DNA from: a virus
Taxonomy: Duplodnaviria; Caudoviricetes
Reading direction: 5' to 3' (one strand)
DNA length: 64,000 nucleotides
IMG/VR virus record: IMGVR_UViG_3300020045_001640
Coordinates: 17,083-81,082 of that record
Part shown: piece after piece, positions 9,539 to 19,202 of the stretch
Position numbering within the stretch: position 1 is the stretch's first letter
Layout: each line of letters starts with the position of its first letter
Translations under genes and position numbers: made by a program
Notes under the pieces: generated by a model
Seen by the model: only the letters and a program-made list of their open reading frames with translations
Told to the model about the DNA's origin: nothing
The model's database searches: none

Positions 9539-9744
9539 CGGACAACAAGACAAGAGTTGTGAATTATGCAGGAGATATTGCTGAGGTGTTTGCAGAAGTG
9601 GTGAAGCTACAGAAGCGTGTAGAAGCACTTGAGCAAGCGGAGTACTTTAGGAAGTACAACACGTATGGCCCTATAGCTTATGTCGATAACAGTTTCCCGA
9701 AGTTGTTTGATAGCTTTCAATTACCAAAGATGGAGAGTAAATGA
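9535..9744 (+). CDS. hypothetical protein
   Basis: Coupled ORF. Confidence 0.6.
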   Translation: MTDNKTRVVNYAGDIAEVFAEVVKLQKRVEALEQAEYFRKYNTYGPIAYVDNSFPKLFDSFQLPKMESK

Positions 9745-10586
9745 ATATTGTAGATGATTGGCAGGACAAAGCTTTGCGGCTCAACGAGACAGGTGTTATG
9801 TCTAAGCGAGCAATAGCAAGACAACTCAAGGTTCCTAAAAGTTCCGTATCGGACTTCCTTCGTAGGTACTCTGAGTTCAAGGCTGAAGAAGTCGCGGAAG
9901 TGTCCACACCAGAACATGACAACTCCCGCATCCTTGTAATTTCAGATTTACATTGTCCTTATAACGACCCAGATGCTTTGCAGTTTTTGCAGATGCTGAA
10001 AGATCGCTACGACTTCACGCGAGTGATTTCAGTTGGGGATGAGCAGGATGTTTGTAGCGCGAGCTTCCATGACGTTGACGTAGATATGCTTAGTGCTGGG
10101 CATGAACTGAAAGCTGCACAGAAGGTGTTGCAAGAGTTGGAGCGCATTTACCCTAAGATGGATATCATGAGTAGCAACCACGGCGACCTTTTCTATAGGC
10201 GCGCCAAGCATCATGGTATTCCTTTGCATGTCATCAAGAGCTATAACGATGTGTTGGGTGTGGGAGAAGGCTGGAAGTGGCATCCTGACCTGATTGTACG
10301 ATTGCCCACTGATGAGGATGTGTACTTTTGTCATGGTAAGTCGCAGAACGGTTTGAAGCTGTCTCAGAACCTTTCGATGAACTGTGTCCAGGGGCACTAC
10401 CACAACTCTTTCAATATTCAATATTGGAGCAGCCCACGAGCACTGCATTGGAGTATGCAAGTGGGGTGTCTGATTGATGATAAGAGTTTGGCTATGAGCT
10501 ACAACAAGCTGACAGTGAATCGTCCGATCTTGGGCTGTGGTGTGATTATTGATGGGATTCCTTCACTAGAGGTTATGCCAAAATGA
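9741..10586 (+). CDS. calcineurin-like metallophosphoesterase with N-terminal HTH
   Basis: ISDLH, VGDE, SNHGD, CHG and GHYH motifs; KRAIARQLKVPKSSVSDFL HTH. Confidence 0.85.
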   Translation: MNIVDDWQDKALRLNETGVMSKRAIARQLKVPKSSVSDFLRRYSEFKAEEVAEVSTPEHDNSRILVISDLHCPYNDPDALQFLQMLKDRYDFTRVISVGDEQDVCSASFHDVDVDMLSAGHELKAAQKVLQELERIYPKMDIMSSNHGDLFYRRAKHHGIPLHVIKSYNDVLGVGEGWKWHPDLIVRLPTDEDVYFCHGKSQNGLKLSQNLSMNCVQGHYHNSFNIQYWSSPRALHWSMQVGCLIDDKSLAMSYNKLTVNRPILGCGVIIDGIPSLEVMPK

Positions 10587-10834
10587 TGCAAGCTCAAGTA
10601 CAACTGTCATCCTTACCAATAACTCTTGTCCTTCTGAGTAACGGACAAGTAGCCTTCTCGCTGCATCAGAAGATGGCTACAATTCTTGATACAAGCCCTG
10701 CGGGGCAGAGAATTGTTATTAGTACAGAAGGAATCCTTGTGGGTGATGTGAATTACGTGTACAATGTTCCCTACTCGCTGACAGAAGATATGAAGGGTTG
10801 GCTGAGAAGTTTTGAGATGGTGAATCCTTTTTAG
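10583..10834 (+). CDS. hypothetical protein
   Basis: Coupled ORF. Confidence 0.5.
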   Translation: MMQAQVQLSSLPITLVLLSNGQVAFSLHQKMATILDTSPAGQRIVISTEGILVGDVNYVYNVPYSLTEDMKGWLRSFEMVNPF

Positions 10835-10847
10835 TATTGGAGTAGGT

Positions 10848-11321
10848 ATGATTCTGAGTAAATTGACAAAAGCGTATGTAGCAGTAGAACAGTTCAACGA
10901 AATCTGTGGTAATCTTCCAGAGGTGAACGAAGCAAGCCTTGACCTTCAAATCAGCCTTTGCTATGAAGAAATGGTAGAAGTGATTGATGCTTTCGAGCAA
11001 CGTGACATGAAAGAACTTGCTAAAGAAGTGGCGGACTTGTGGATTGTTGTAGCAGGACTTGTCCAGAAGATGCGTCACACTGGTGTGGATATGGGGAGTG
11101 TTATCGAAGCCGTGTGCGAGGATAACCTTGACAAGTTTATTCCTCAAGGACAGCCTTTGCAGTATGACTCTGCATTCACAGCAAGTTTGAATCAGAAATT
11201 TGGCAGGTGGGTGATTAAGGATAGTAACGGTAAGGTGCGGAAGGCAAGTACATACAAGAAGGCTGATGTTAGCCAGTATGTGTTGAAGGATTTGTTTAAA
11301 GAGGCTTCTCATGCCCTCTAA
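10848..11321 (+). CDS. MazG-like NTP pyrophosphohydrolase
   Basis: EEMVE...KEVADL...NLDK and KDSNGKVRK pattern. Confidence 0.75.
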   Translation: MILSKLTKAYVAVEQFNEICGNLPEVNEASLDLQISLCYEEMVEVIDAFEQRDMKELAKEVADLWIVVAGLVQKMRHTGVDMGSVIEAVCEDNLDKFIPQGQPLQYDSAFTASLNQKFGRWVIKDSNGKVRKASTYKKADVSQYVLKDLFKEASHAL

Positions 11322-11868
11322 AGTGCTGTCCCTTCGGGATGTACGAAAGGCTTCTTGGCTTGCTCAATACAACGAAGTGAGTTTGTTATCAATTGATCGT
11401 GATGAAGAAGTGTGGCGAGTGCTATCTGAAGTGGGGTTTGACCCAGATTATGGCTATGAGTACTTTGCTTGTAACCATCGTGACATGTCGGGCTTAGTAG
11501 GTATCGGGTATGTTGTGGCTGGCAGCATGAGCCTCAACCGTAAGCACCTTTCCAGTGTTTACGCAGACCTAACCGACATTATGATAGCCGCAAGTTATCA
11601 AGACCCATCTCTTGCACGAGAGCTGGGAGAGCTTAGTGGGAAACAGAGGAGTTACGATCACTCGCACAGTTTGGAGGAAGAATCGGAGAAGCTTGCTAAA
11701 GAGTTGATTGAACCTACATGGGGAAGTGTTGAGTATCAGATTAAGGAGTTAAATGATTTGTGCTTTCATATTCGAGGGAGTGCTTTCAATTCTGCCGGGA
11801 GTTTAAAGACAATGAATGAGTACAAGCAGTTTGCACAAGAACAAGTCTCACAGAAAGGAAAACAGTGA
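11311..11868 (+). CDS. hypothetical protein
   Basis: 185-aa coupled ORF. Confidence 0.7.
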   Translation: MPSKVLSLRDVRKASWLAQYNEVSLLSIDRDEEVWRVLSEVGFDPDYGYEYFACNHRDMSGLVGIGYVVAGSMSLNRKHLSSVYADLTDIMIAASYQDPSLARELGELSGKQRSYDHSHSLEEESEKLAKELIEPTWGSVEYQIKELNDLCFHIRGSAFNSAGSLKTMNEYKQFAQEQVSQKGKQ

Positions 11869-12467
11869 GTGTTGTAGAGGATTACAAAGGTGCAAATGGG
11901 AAATGGGTAGGCGCTAAAAGGATTGCAGAGGGAATTGTCCAAACAAGGTCTTATGTCCGGTGGGGCAATATGCGACTACGGTGTAAAGTTGGTGGAGCGG
12001 AGCAACAGCGTCGTCCCACTTATGTAGGCTGTACAATGTCCTCCCTTTTCTCTGATTTTCAGACCTTCACGGATTGGCACGTAACTCAAGTAGGCTACGG
12101 TTTACCTTGTTACGATATGGATAAAGATATTCTTGTGCATGGAAACAAGGAGTACAACGAAAAGGTTTGTGTGCTTGTGCCGAAGGCGTTAAATGCGTTT
12201 CTAACATCTCACGATGCTGCCAGAGGAGACTACCCACAAGGAGTGAACTTTCATAAGCGGGTGCAGAAGTTTGCTGCAATGGTCAGTAGTGACAGCCATA
12301 GAATACACTTAGGATACTTCACAACACCGGAAGCAGCTTCAGTCGCATACAAAGAGGCAAAAGAAGTTGAATCGCACAAATGGTATGAACGTCTTAAAGC
12401 TGGTGAATTCGCAGTTGACCCTCGTGTAATCGAGCGTATGCGTACTTGGACTTTTGAAAACAATTAA
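11865..12467 (+). CDS. free-standing HNH-like/AP2 homing endonuclease
   Basis: WGNMRLRC...DKDILVHGNKEY...CVLVPKALN plus AP2-like HLGYFTTPEAA. Confidence 0.75.
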   Translation: MSVVEDYKGANGKWVGAKRIAEGIVQTRSYVRWGNMRLRCKVGGAEQQRRPTYVGCTMSSLFSDFQTFTDWHVTQVGYGLPCYDMDKDILVHGNKEYNEKVCVLVPKALNAFLTSHDAARGDYPQGVNFHKRVQKFAAMVSSDSHRIHLGYFTTPEAASVAYKEAKEVESHKWYERLKAGEFAVDPRVIERMRTWTFENN

Positions 12468-12478
12468 CAGGGAACAGA

Positions 12479-14945
12479 ATGAAAGATATCAGCGCAAGTA
12501 AATTAATGTCGGATGTGAAGTTTTACGGTGACTACTCTCGTTACGACGATACTTCCCATCAGTACGAGACATGGGAGCAATCAGTTGAGCGAGTAATGCA
12601 AATGCACTACACAAAGTACGCGGCTCAGATGACACCGGCACTTCAAGTGTTCATGGGAGATATTCAGACTGCTTACTCACAGAAACAACTATTAGGTGCA
12701 CAGCGAGCACTACAGTTTGGTGGAGCACAGTTGCTTAAGAAACATGCAAAGATGTACAATTGTGTTTCCAGTTATGTAGATCGTCCTGAGTTCTTTGGGG
12801 AGTATATGTGGCTAATGCTTTGTGGCTGCGGTGCAGGCTTCAGTGTACAGAAGCAACACATTGCCAAGTTGCCTAATGTCCAGCAACGCACCAAGGCAGC
12901 GAAGAAGTTTGTAGTTCCTGATTCAATTGAAGGTTGGGCACAAGCGTTCGATGTACTCTTTAGTTCTTTCTTTGTTGGTGGCGGCAAACATCCAGAGTAT
13001 GAGAAACACCCTGTTTGGTTTGACTTGAGTCAAGTACGACCAAAAGGCTCTGAAATCTCTGGTGGCTTCAAGGCTCCTGGGCCTGAACCATTGCAGTATG
13101 CTCTGGCTAAGGTGGAGAAATTGTTGAGCAAGGCAGGAAGCCGCCTCAAATCAATTGACGTGTATGATGCTTGTATGTATCAAGCAGATGCAGTAATCTC
13201 TGGTGGTGTCCGTCGAAGTGCCACTATCTGCCTCTTCTCAAAAGATGATGAGGAAATGATTAAGGCTAAGACGGGTAATTGGTTCCAAGAGAATCCTCAA
13301 CGAGGTCGTAGCAATAACAGTGTGATGTTGAAGCGAGATGAATTGACAGCAGCGGAGTTTGCTGCCATTATGAAGTCTGTTGAGCAATGTGGTGAGCCAG
13401 GATTTATCTTCACAGATAATTTGGAGTTTACATTTAATCCGTTGACAATACTAGCGGCCTAAGAGAGGAATCTCTTTTGAATAATCCGAATTTCGGGGGA
13501 AGCGTAGAACACGTAATCCCGACGCAACACTGACTTGAAAGAGTTATAGAGGCGCGAGAGACTGACAAGGAAGCAGAGAACCTGCTGTGATACAGTCCGT
13601 TCTGTATGGGGACATACAGAGATTGGCAGAAATGACCAATCCCCGCACAATGCGGAGTAACAATAAAGGTGTAGAAATCGGGATGTTGCCTGTTACGGCT
13701 GATGGTCGTAGTGGCTGGCAGGGCTGTAACTTGGCAGAGATTAATGGTGGGAAGTGTACGACACCAGAGTTGTTCTACGAGGCTTGCCGTGTAGCTTCAG
13801 CACTGTGTACGTTGCAAGCTGGATATACAGACTTTGAGTTTCTTAGTGCAGCTTCTAAGGAAATCTTTGATCGTGAAGCATTGATTGGTGTGTCGATTAC
13901 AGGTTGGATGAACAATCCTCAAGTGCTGTTTGATGAGGAAGTGCTGCGCAAGGGTGCTCAGATTGTCAAGGATGTGAACAAGGAAGTTGCTGCCATTATA
14001 GGTATTAACCAGGCTGCTCGCACGACTTGCGCAAAGCCAAGTGGCAACGCTTCTGTATTGCTTGGGACAGCTTCAGGTATTCATGGAGAGCATTCACCAC
14101 GTTACTTGCGCCATGTGCAGATGAACAATGAAGTGGAAGTGCTGAACACTTTCAAGAGTATGTATCCAGAGATGGTAGAAGACTCTGTGTGGAGCACGAA
14201 CGGGACAGACAGTGTTATCGCTTTCCCGATCATCACTAAGGAAGGCTCTGTTTACAAGGCTGACTTGTTAGGTGTGAAGCAACTTGAGTATGTGAAGAAG
14301 GCACAGCAAGTGTGGGTAGAGGAAGGTACTAACGTTGAGCTTTGTGCTGACCCTAAGCTGCGACACAATATCAGTAATACGATTAGTGTTGATAGCTGGC
14401 CTGATGTGACAAACTATCTGTACGAGAATCGTCAATGGTTCTGTGGTGTGTCGCTCATGGCTGCTTCAGGAGACAAAGCTTTTCCACAAGCTCCGTTCAC
14501 GGAAGTCTTGACAGAGAAGCAGATTGTGAAGAAGTATGGTGCAGCAGCATTGTTTGCAGCAGGATTGGTTACTCGTGCCCTAGATGCTTTCGGTGACTTG
14601 TGGAAGGCTACTTCTTGTGCAATGGGCTACGGTGAAGACATTTCTAAAGAGTGTCATGAAACTGTAGCGAAGCGTGATTGGGTGCGACAGTTTAAGAAGT
14701 TTGCCAAGAATCACTTCCCGCAGGATTGTAACAAGAACTCTGCCGAGTTGCTTGGTATGGAAGCTGGGGATTTGAACAAGACAGGTGACTGCTTGAAAGA
14801 TGTGTATAATCTACACAAGTGGACTAAGATTGCTAACAACATGCCAAACATTGACATTCGTGAGCATCTGAAGCGTAAGCAGTTTGTAGATGTGGGAACA
14901 CTGGCAGGGGCCGCATGTGCCGGTGGACAATGCGAAATCTTCTAA
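12479..14945 (+). CDS. ribonucleotide reductase large subunit, spliced join(12479..13442,13669..14945), 746 aa; resembles monomeric class II
   Basis: YNC, GGVRRSA, SNNSV, GEPG; splicing restores NPCVEI; TCAKPSG; C-terminal CAGGQC. No small-subunit gene is adjacent. Confidence 0.9.
13443..13668 (+). ncRNA. group I intron (226 nt, no ORF)
   Basis: 5' exon CCGU pairs with IGS GCGG (U.G at the splice site); P2 AAGAGA/UCUCUU; P4 UCGGG/CCCGA; P7 GACUG/CAGUC; P8; P9 UCUGUAUG-GGGA-CAUACAGA; terminal G13668. Confidence 0.92.
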
Positions 14946-14952
14946 TAAGTAA

Positions 14953-14992
14953 TTGACAGCAACAGACAAGGGCTTGTAAAATAGCTCTTGTC
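14953..14992 (+). promoter_or_regulatory. sigma70-like promoter with an inverted repeat over the -10
   Basis: TTGACA-18bp-TAAAAT; GACAAG-N16-CTTGTC. Confidence 0.55.
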
Positions 14993-15010
14993 TTAACAAA
15001 GGAGAAATTA

Positions 15011-15292
15011 ATGTGGAACCACCGAGTATGGCGTCACACCCACCACGGAGCCGACGAAGAAGAGAGCTTCCAAGTAAAGGAAACCTACCACAACAAAGCT
15101 GGTGAAATCTGTGCCTGTACAGAAGACGCAGCAGAAGCTTACGGTTATACGCTGGAAGAACTGAAAGAGAACCTTCAACGTATGCTCAAGGCTACTGAAC
15201 AGCCAGCATTGGACGAAGAAGGCTTTGTGTTTGCACAATGGGACTTGTCCGACACGGACGACGAAGAGGAATTTAATGCTGACAATTTATAG
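15011..15292 (+). CDS. hypothetical acidic protein
   Basis: AGGAG RBS; MWNHRVW... Confidence 0.75.
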   Translation: MWNHRVWRHTHHGADEEESFQVKETYHNKAGEICACTEDAAEAYGYTLEELKENLQRMLKATEQPALDEEGFVFAQWDLSDTDDEEEFNADNL

Positions 15293-15545
15293 CAAGAACA
15301 ACTGTGCGGCCTGCCTATCAGCAGCCAATCTACTAGACAGCTACAACATTCTGTACAACACCATCAAGATTGACGAAGACCCTGCTGCTAAGGAATTCAT
15401 TCTGAGTCAGTGTCACAGAACAGTACCTCAAATCTACTGTGGAGATTCCCTCTTTGTAGAAGGAGGCTTCCCAGCACTTATGAAGCTCTCCAAAGAGGAG
15501 ATTGTTGTGCGAATGGCTCAGTACAAATTTGGCTCAACAAATTAA
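15276..15545 (+). CDS. glutaredoxin / NrdH-like redoxin
   Basis: IYSKNNCAAC (CxxC), RTVPQIY, GGF; downstream of the RNR. Confidence 0.9.
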   Translation: MLTIYSKNNCAACLSAANLLDSYNILYNTIKIDEDPAAKEFILSQCHRTVPQIYCGDSLFVEGGFPALMKLSKEEIVVRMAQYKFGSTN

Positions 15546-15585
15546 TTGACAGAAACGACAAGAGCCACTTACAATGTCCCTTGTC
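15546..15585 (+). promoter_or_regulatory. sigma70-like promoter with an inverted repeat over the -10
   Basis: TTGACA-18bp-TACAAT; GACAAG-N17-CTTGTC. Confidence 0.55.
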
Positions 15586-15616
15586 AATTTAATGAAGCAC
15601 CTTAAAGGAGAAATAA

Positions 15617-16063
15617 ATGGAATATGGAACAATTGCATCAGACTTCAGCCCTCTCGTCATCAAGCTTTCCACACAAGCTGAAATTGACTTCTTCTATAGC
15701 CTTGTAGCACAAACTCCAGATGCTCTCGTGGGCGACTACGTTATGCACGAGGAATTGAGCGAGCTTGAAGATTTCTTGTTTGAGAACATCTCGAATGAAT
15801 TGCTTGTAGAGCAAATGGAAGAGGATGCTGTGTTTGTAGAGGGTTGTTGTGGGTGTGAAGAATGCGCCTCAGACTACAAGCACCATGCAGAGCGTCTTGA
15901 GCAACCTTTGCAGCATGAGCATTCTTGTAAAGGTGGTTGTGAGGCTTGTGTTGGCTGCAATGCTACTGACAGCAATTATGAAGCAGAGCCTGTTCCACGT
16001 AATCTAAAAGAGATGTTCGAGCAATTCTTTGCAGCACAAGATAAACAACAAGGAAATAAATAA
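15617..16063 (+). CDS. acidic Cys/His-rich hypothetical protein
   Basis: AGGAG RBS; GCCGCEEC...HEHSCKGGCEACVGC. Confidence 0.7.
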   Translation: MEYGTIASDFSPLVIKLSTQAEIDFFYSLVAQTPDALVGDYVMHEELSELEDFLFENISNELLVEQMEEDAVFVEGCCGCEECASDYKHHAERLEQPLQHEHSCKGGCEACVGCNATDSNYEAEPVPRNLKEMFEQFFAAQDKQQGNK

Positions 16064-16064
16064 T

Positions 16065-16439
16065 ATGACGACTAATAAACTGCAAGCCTACAACCAAGAA
16101 ATCCAACCTCTACTGCGTACTATTAACGGCTTCAAAGAAGATTTGAAGGAATTTAAAGAGACAGACGAAAAGGCTCTCAAACTGGCTGAAGCTATCAAAG
16201 ATGCACAAGAAGAACTTAAGCTCTACCTTGAGGACAACACAACCTCAAAAGATATTCTTGAGAACATCAAAGAGCACTCTAAGGAGTTCGGTCTTGCTGT
16301 GAAGGGTGCTGCCAAGGGAACGGCTTACAAAGTCAAAGACTTGAAGCCTTACTTTGTCGCTAGAAGCAAAGAGGACGCCGTGGAGAAAGCTGTAGATAAA
16401 GGCCAACTTTTCGAGGAATTGAACAAAGAGATTGCATAA
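16065..16439 (+). CDS. hypothetical coiled-coil protein
   Basis: AAGGA RBS, followed by a terminator. Confidence 0.75.
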   Translation: MTTNKLQAYNQEIQPLLRTINGFKEDLKEFKETDEKALKLAEAIKDAQEELKLYLEDNTTSKDILENIKEHSKEFGLAVKGAAKGTAYKVKDLKPYFVARSKEDAVEKAVDKGQLFEELNKEIA

Positions 16440-16457
16440 TAGATAGTTATCAAGAGC

Positions 16458-16482
16458 AAAGGGCACTCAGTGCCCTTTCTTA
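16458..16482 (+). terminator. rho-independent terminator
   Basis: AAAGGGCAC-TCA-GTGCCCTTT followed by CTT. Confidence 0.7.
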
Positions 16483-16503
16483 GATTGTACGTAAAGGAAA
16501 GAT

Positions 16504-17076
16504 ATGGTGAATTTTGTGGATCATTTCTACTATGATCCGTCTAGTCCGAGTTGTATTCGTCGCAAGTTACCTGTTCTGGTAGGAAGGCTTAAAACGAGCG
16601 TGAAATACGCAGCAAACACTGAAGTAGGACACTTATCCTCAGACGGGTACTGGGTGACTAGTTTGAATTGGGAGGATTTCGATGTACACAACATCGTGTA
16701 CTTACTACACAACCCTACAATCCCTTCAAATTGGGAAGTAGATCACATAGATGGTAATAATTCTAACAACCTTATAGAAAATCTTCGGTGTGTCCCGCAC
16801 GACATCAACTGTCGTAATCGCTCAATGTACTCCACGAACTCCACAGGTGTGACAGGTGTTTGTTGGATCGAAAAGGTTAACATTGGACATCCACTGAAGA
16901 TGCTGTATGCCGTTGCACAATGTCGGAGTTTGGAAGGTAAAGTTGTTGGTCGTTGTTTCTCTGTAAAGAAGTACGGGCTTATGCCAGCTTTTAAGAGGGC
17001 TTGCGACTGTAGGGCTGACATGATTGCCTCGCTAAACGCACAAGGGGCTGACTACACAGACCGTCATGGCAAGTAG
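16504..17076 (+). CDS. HNH homing endonuclease with AP2-like C-terminus
   Basis: EVDHIDGNNSNNLIENLRCV...N; NSTGVTGV. Confidence 0.85.
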   Translation: MVNFVDHFYYDPSSPSCIRRKLPVLVGRLKTSVKYAANTEVGHLSSDGYWVTSLNWEDFDVHNIVYLLHNPTIPSNWEVDHIDGNNSNNLIENLRCVPHDINCRNRSMYSTNSTGVTGVCWIEKVNIGHPLKMLYAVAQCRSLEGKVVGRCFSVKKYGLMPAFKRACDCRADMIASLNAQGADYTDRHGK

Positions 17077-17152
17077 ACGTAAAAATACCCAGAGTCCTTT
17101 ACGGATATCTGGGCCAACATCACCACTGATGGAAACTTACAAGGTAAACTTG

Positions 17153-17437
17153 TTACTTCTTATTCTTTACCGCGTTAATCAATGCTGTATGTCTATCTGA
17201 GCAATCGTGATAGATTGCAGCATTTTCTGTCATATTAACCAGTATATCTTTGCCTGTCATTCCTTCAAGGGCTTGTAACGGTTTGCACTGCTGCATCAAG
17301 CTTGCTGGAATCTGTACTCCCTGAGAGGGCTTCGTTTGCCAACTGCAACCCTGAATTGTCAATACAGACGTTGTGATAAACGTCACGAGTAACAATTTTC
17401 TGCACCACTTTAGTGATGACTTCTGCTGACTTTTCAC
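17153..17437 (-). CDS. outer-membrane spanin (Rz1-like lipoprotein)
   Basis: Signal peptide with lipobox-like IQGC; overlaps the i-spanin. Confidence 0.75.
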   Translation of the reverse strand: MKSQQKSSLKWCRKLLLVTFITTSVLTIQGCSWQTKPSQGVQIPASLMQQCKPLQALEGMTGKDILVNMTENAAIYHDCSDRHTALINAVKNKK

Positions 17438-17636
17438 GTTTGCCTTTCAATGTCTCATACTGTTCTGCCACAAGGTTATACTTAGCTTGTGCCTCGTTGT
17501 TAGCTACGACTTGCTCTGCTGTAGACTTCTTACGCTCGTGAGAAACCCCTTGGTTATACACCCACCAATAAGCCCCTCCTAGCACAGCAAACACTACAGC
17601 AATCTCAATTAGTTTTGATTTCCACAGAAGCCACAT
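17265..17636 (-). CDS. inner-membrane spanin (Rz-like)
   Basis: N-terminal TM helix (MWLLWKSKLIEIAVVFAVLGG) then coiled coil. Confidence 0.75.
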   Translation of the reverse strand: MWLLWKSKLIEIAVVFAVLGGAYWWVYNQGVSHERKKSTAEQVVANNEAQAKYNLVAEQYETLKGKREKSAEVITKVVQKIVTRDVYHNVCIDNSGLQLANEALSGSTDSSKLDAAVQTVTSP

Positions 17637-17862
17637 CTTTAGCCTCCTTTTCTTCAGCGACACGTTTAGGCTGGCTTACAAGCCGAGCAATGATGATGGC
17701 AATGGCAATGTAAGTGACAACATTCGGGGGCATGTACTGTTGAATAATAGGAAGCATCTCAAAGGCTTGCGAGCCTATAGCGAGCAATGCTGCCAATTGA
17801 ACAGAGACATACTTCCAGCCACTCTTCCAGTTTGCAATCAAACTTAGTTTCCAAGAGTTCAT
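17605..17862 (-). CDS. putative holin
   Basis: 85 aa, two TM helices, charged C-terminus, in the lysis cassette. Confidence 0.65.
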   Translation of the reverse strand: MNSWKLSLIANWKSGWKYVSVQLAALLAIGSQAFEMLPIIQQYMPPNVVTYIAIAIIIARLVSQPKRVAEEKEAKDVASVEIKTN

Positions 17863-17863
17863 A

Positions 17864-18472
17864 TTAATTTGCTTTCATAAATGATTGAATAAGGAATAGC
17901 ACCATGCCACCAGCAAATGTAGATAGCAGCATAATCAGAGGGACAGACATTCCACTCCTACCTTGTTGAACAAACTCTGCTCGCTCAAGTTCTGCAATCC
18001 TATCTAGAATAGCTGGTGGAATACCCGATAAGCCTGTCTTCTCGTATTGAGCCTTCTCCAACAAACTGATTCTCTCAGCCAATTGGTTCTGCAACTGAGC
18101 AAGCTGACTAGCCACCGTATTCGCTGTCGTTGCTACCAAAGCCCTCAATGTTTCAGCAGAAGTACTTACTTGTTGTGCCAACACAGCAGCTTGGTCAGAA
18201 GCCCTATCACTAGCTACAGCAACAGCGCCAACATCTACCGCACGAATAGCATTAATACGGTTACTCTCTGCTTGCATGAGAGACATGATGTGCTCAACGT
18301 GAATTTTGAGATGGCCTTCAAGGCGTTCCTTCAAGGCTTCACGTAAGCTCTCTTGACGGTTACTCTCTGCAATGCGCAAGTCGTCTAAGCGGCTTACGGC
18401 TTGATTGACGATTAACATAACATTGTCGGTAGGGTCTTTAAAACGCCTATCGTCCGCGCTTGAGGGTTCCAT
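17864..18472 (-). CDS. coiled-coil membrane protein in the lysis cassette
   Basis: Long helical region plus a C-terminal TM helix; AAGGA RBS. Confidence 0.6.
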   Translation of the reverse strand: MEPSSADDRRFKDPTDNVMLIVNQAVSRLDDLRIAESNRQESLREALKERLEGHLKIHVEHIMSLMQAESNRINAIRAVDVGAVAVASDRASDQAAVLAQQVSTSAETLRALVATTANTVASQLAQLQNQLAERISLLEKAQYEKTGLSGIPPAILDRIAELERAEFVQQGRSGMSVPLIMLLSTFAGGMVLFLIQSFMKAN

Positions 18473-18548
18473 GCTGATTCCTTCTGTATTGCACCGAATG
18501 GTGCTTGTTACCCTCTGCGAAATGCAGAGGTGATATTCACTTCAATTG

Positions 18549-19202
18549 TTATGCTTTAACGCTGAGGAACAAAGCCCTCTCTTGATGCCTACGCTTATCC
18601 AACCCCGGCACAACAGCCAACGGCTTGCCGCCTTTATTCCACATTAGGAAAGCATTACCAGCAGCTTCCCAATCACCCACAGCAATCTTCTTAGCTACTG
18701 TGCTGTTAGCAAAGGCTGTGTTACCAATATTGAAAGCAAGGCTGATACATGCTGCAACAGCTTCGTCTGATGCCTTCCAGAGATTAGGAGCAGAGTTCAT
18801 CACAGAGCCCATAACTTCTTTCACCTCTTCAAACAGGTCGTTTTCAGCCTCTACAAGCGTGCAAGTATCACCCTGTTTAACACCTTTGGTAATTCCGTAA
18901 CCTTTCGTCCAAGGTTCTCCAGAAAGCTCTTGCAAGTACGGAGGAAGCTCAAGCTTACCGTCCATAAACTTACGAAGAATGCCATGCTTAGAGAGTTCTT
19001 TGTACAGAGGGGAAAGTGGGTCTGGGTATGCTCTTTCCTCAAACTTCTCAAATGGACGCAAGATTTTCATAGCAATTTTAACAGCACCATCTCGTGTTTC
19101 AACTACTCTTGCAGGAGCCTTATCCTCCCTCTGCTCAGCAGCCTTCTTATTCAACCTAGCTACCCACGCGAGAGCACGCTCTTTAGTTTCATTATCAATC
19201 AT
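18549..19202 (-). CDS. endolysin (GH24 lysozyme)
   Basis: E...AYPD...WTKGYG; SLAFNIG; WNKGG; GLDKRRHQE. Confidence 0.9.
   Translation of the reverse strand: MIDNETKERALAWVARLNKKAAEQREDKAPARVVETRDGAVKIAMKILRPFEKFEERAYPDPLSPLYKELSKHGILRKFMDGKLELPPYLQELSGEPWTKGYGITKGVKQGDTCTLVEAENDLFEEVKEVMGSVMNSAPNLWKASDEAVAACISLAFNIGNTAFANSTVAKKIAVGDWEAAGNAFLMWNKGGKPLAVVPGLDKRRHQERALFLSVKA

Noticed and set aside
13459-13668. ORF 13459..13650 and the start at 13587 as independent genes
   Set aside because: Both lie in the group I intron; the 13587 ORF is exon 2 extended upstream.
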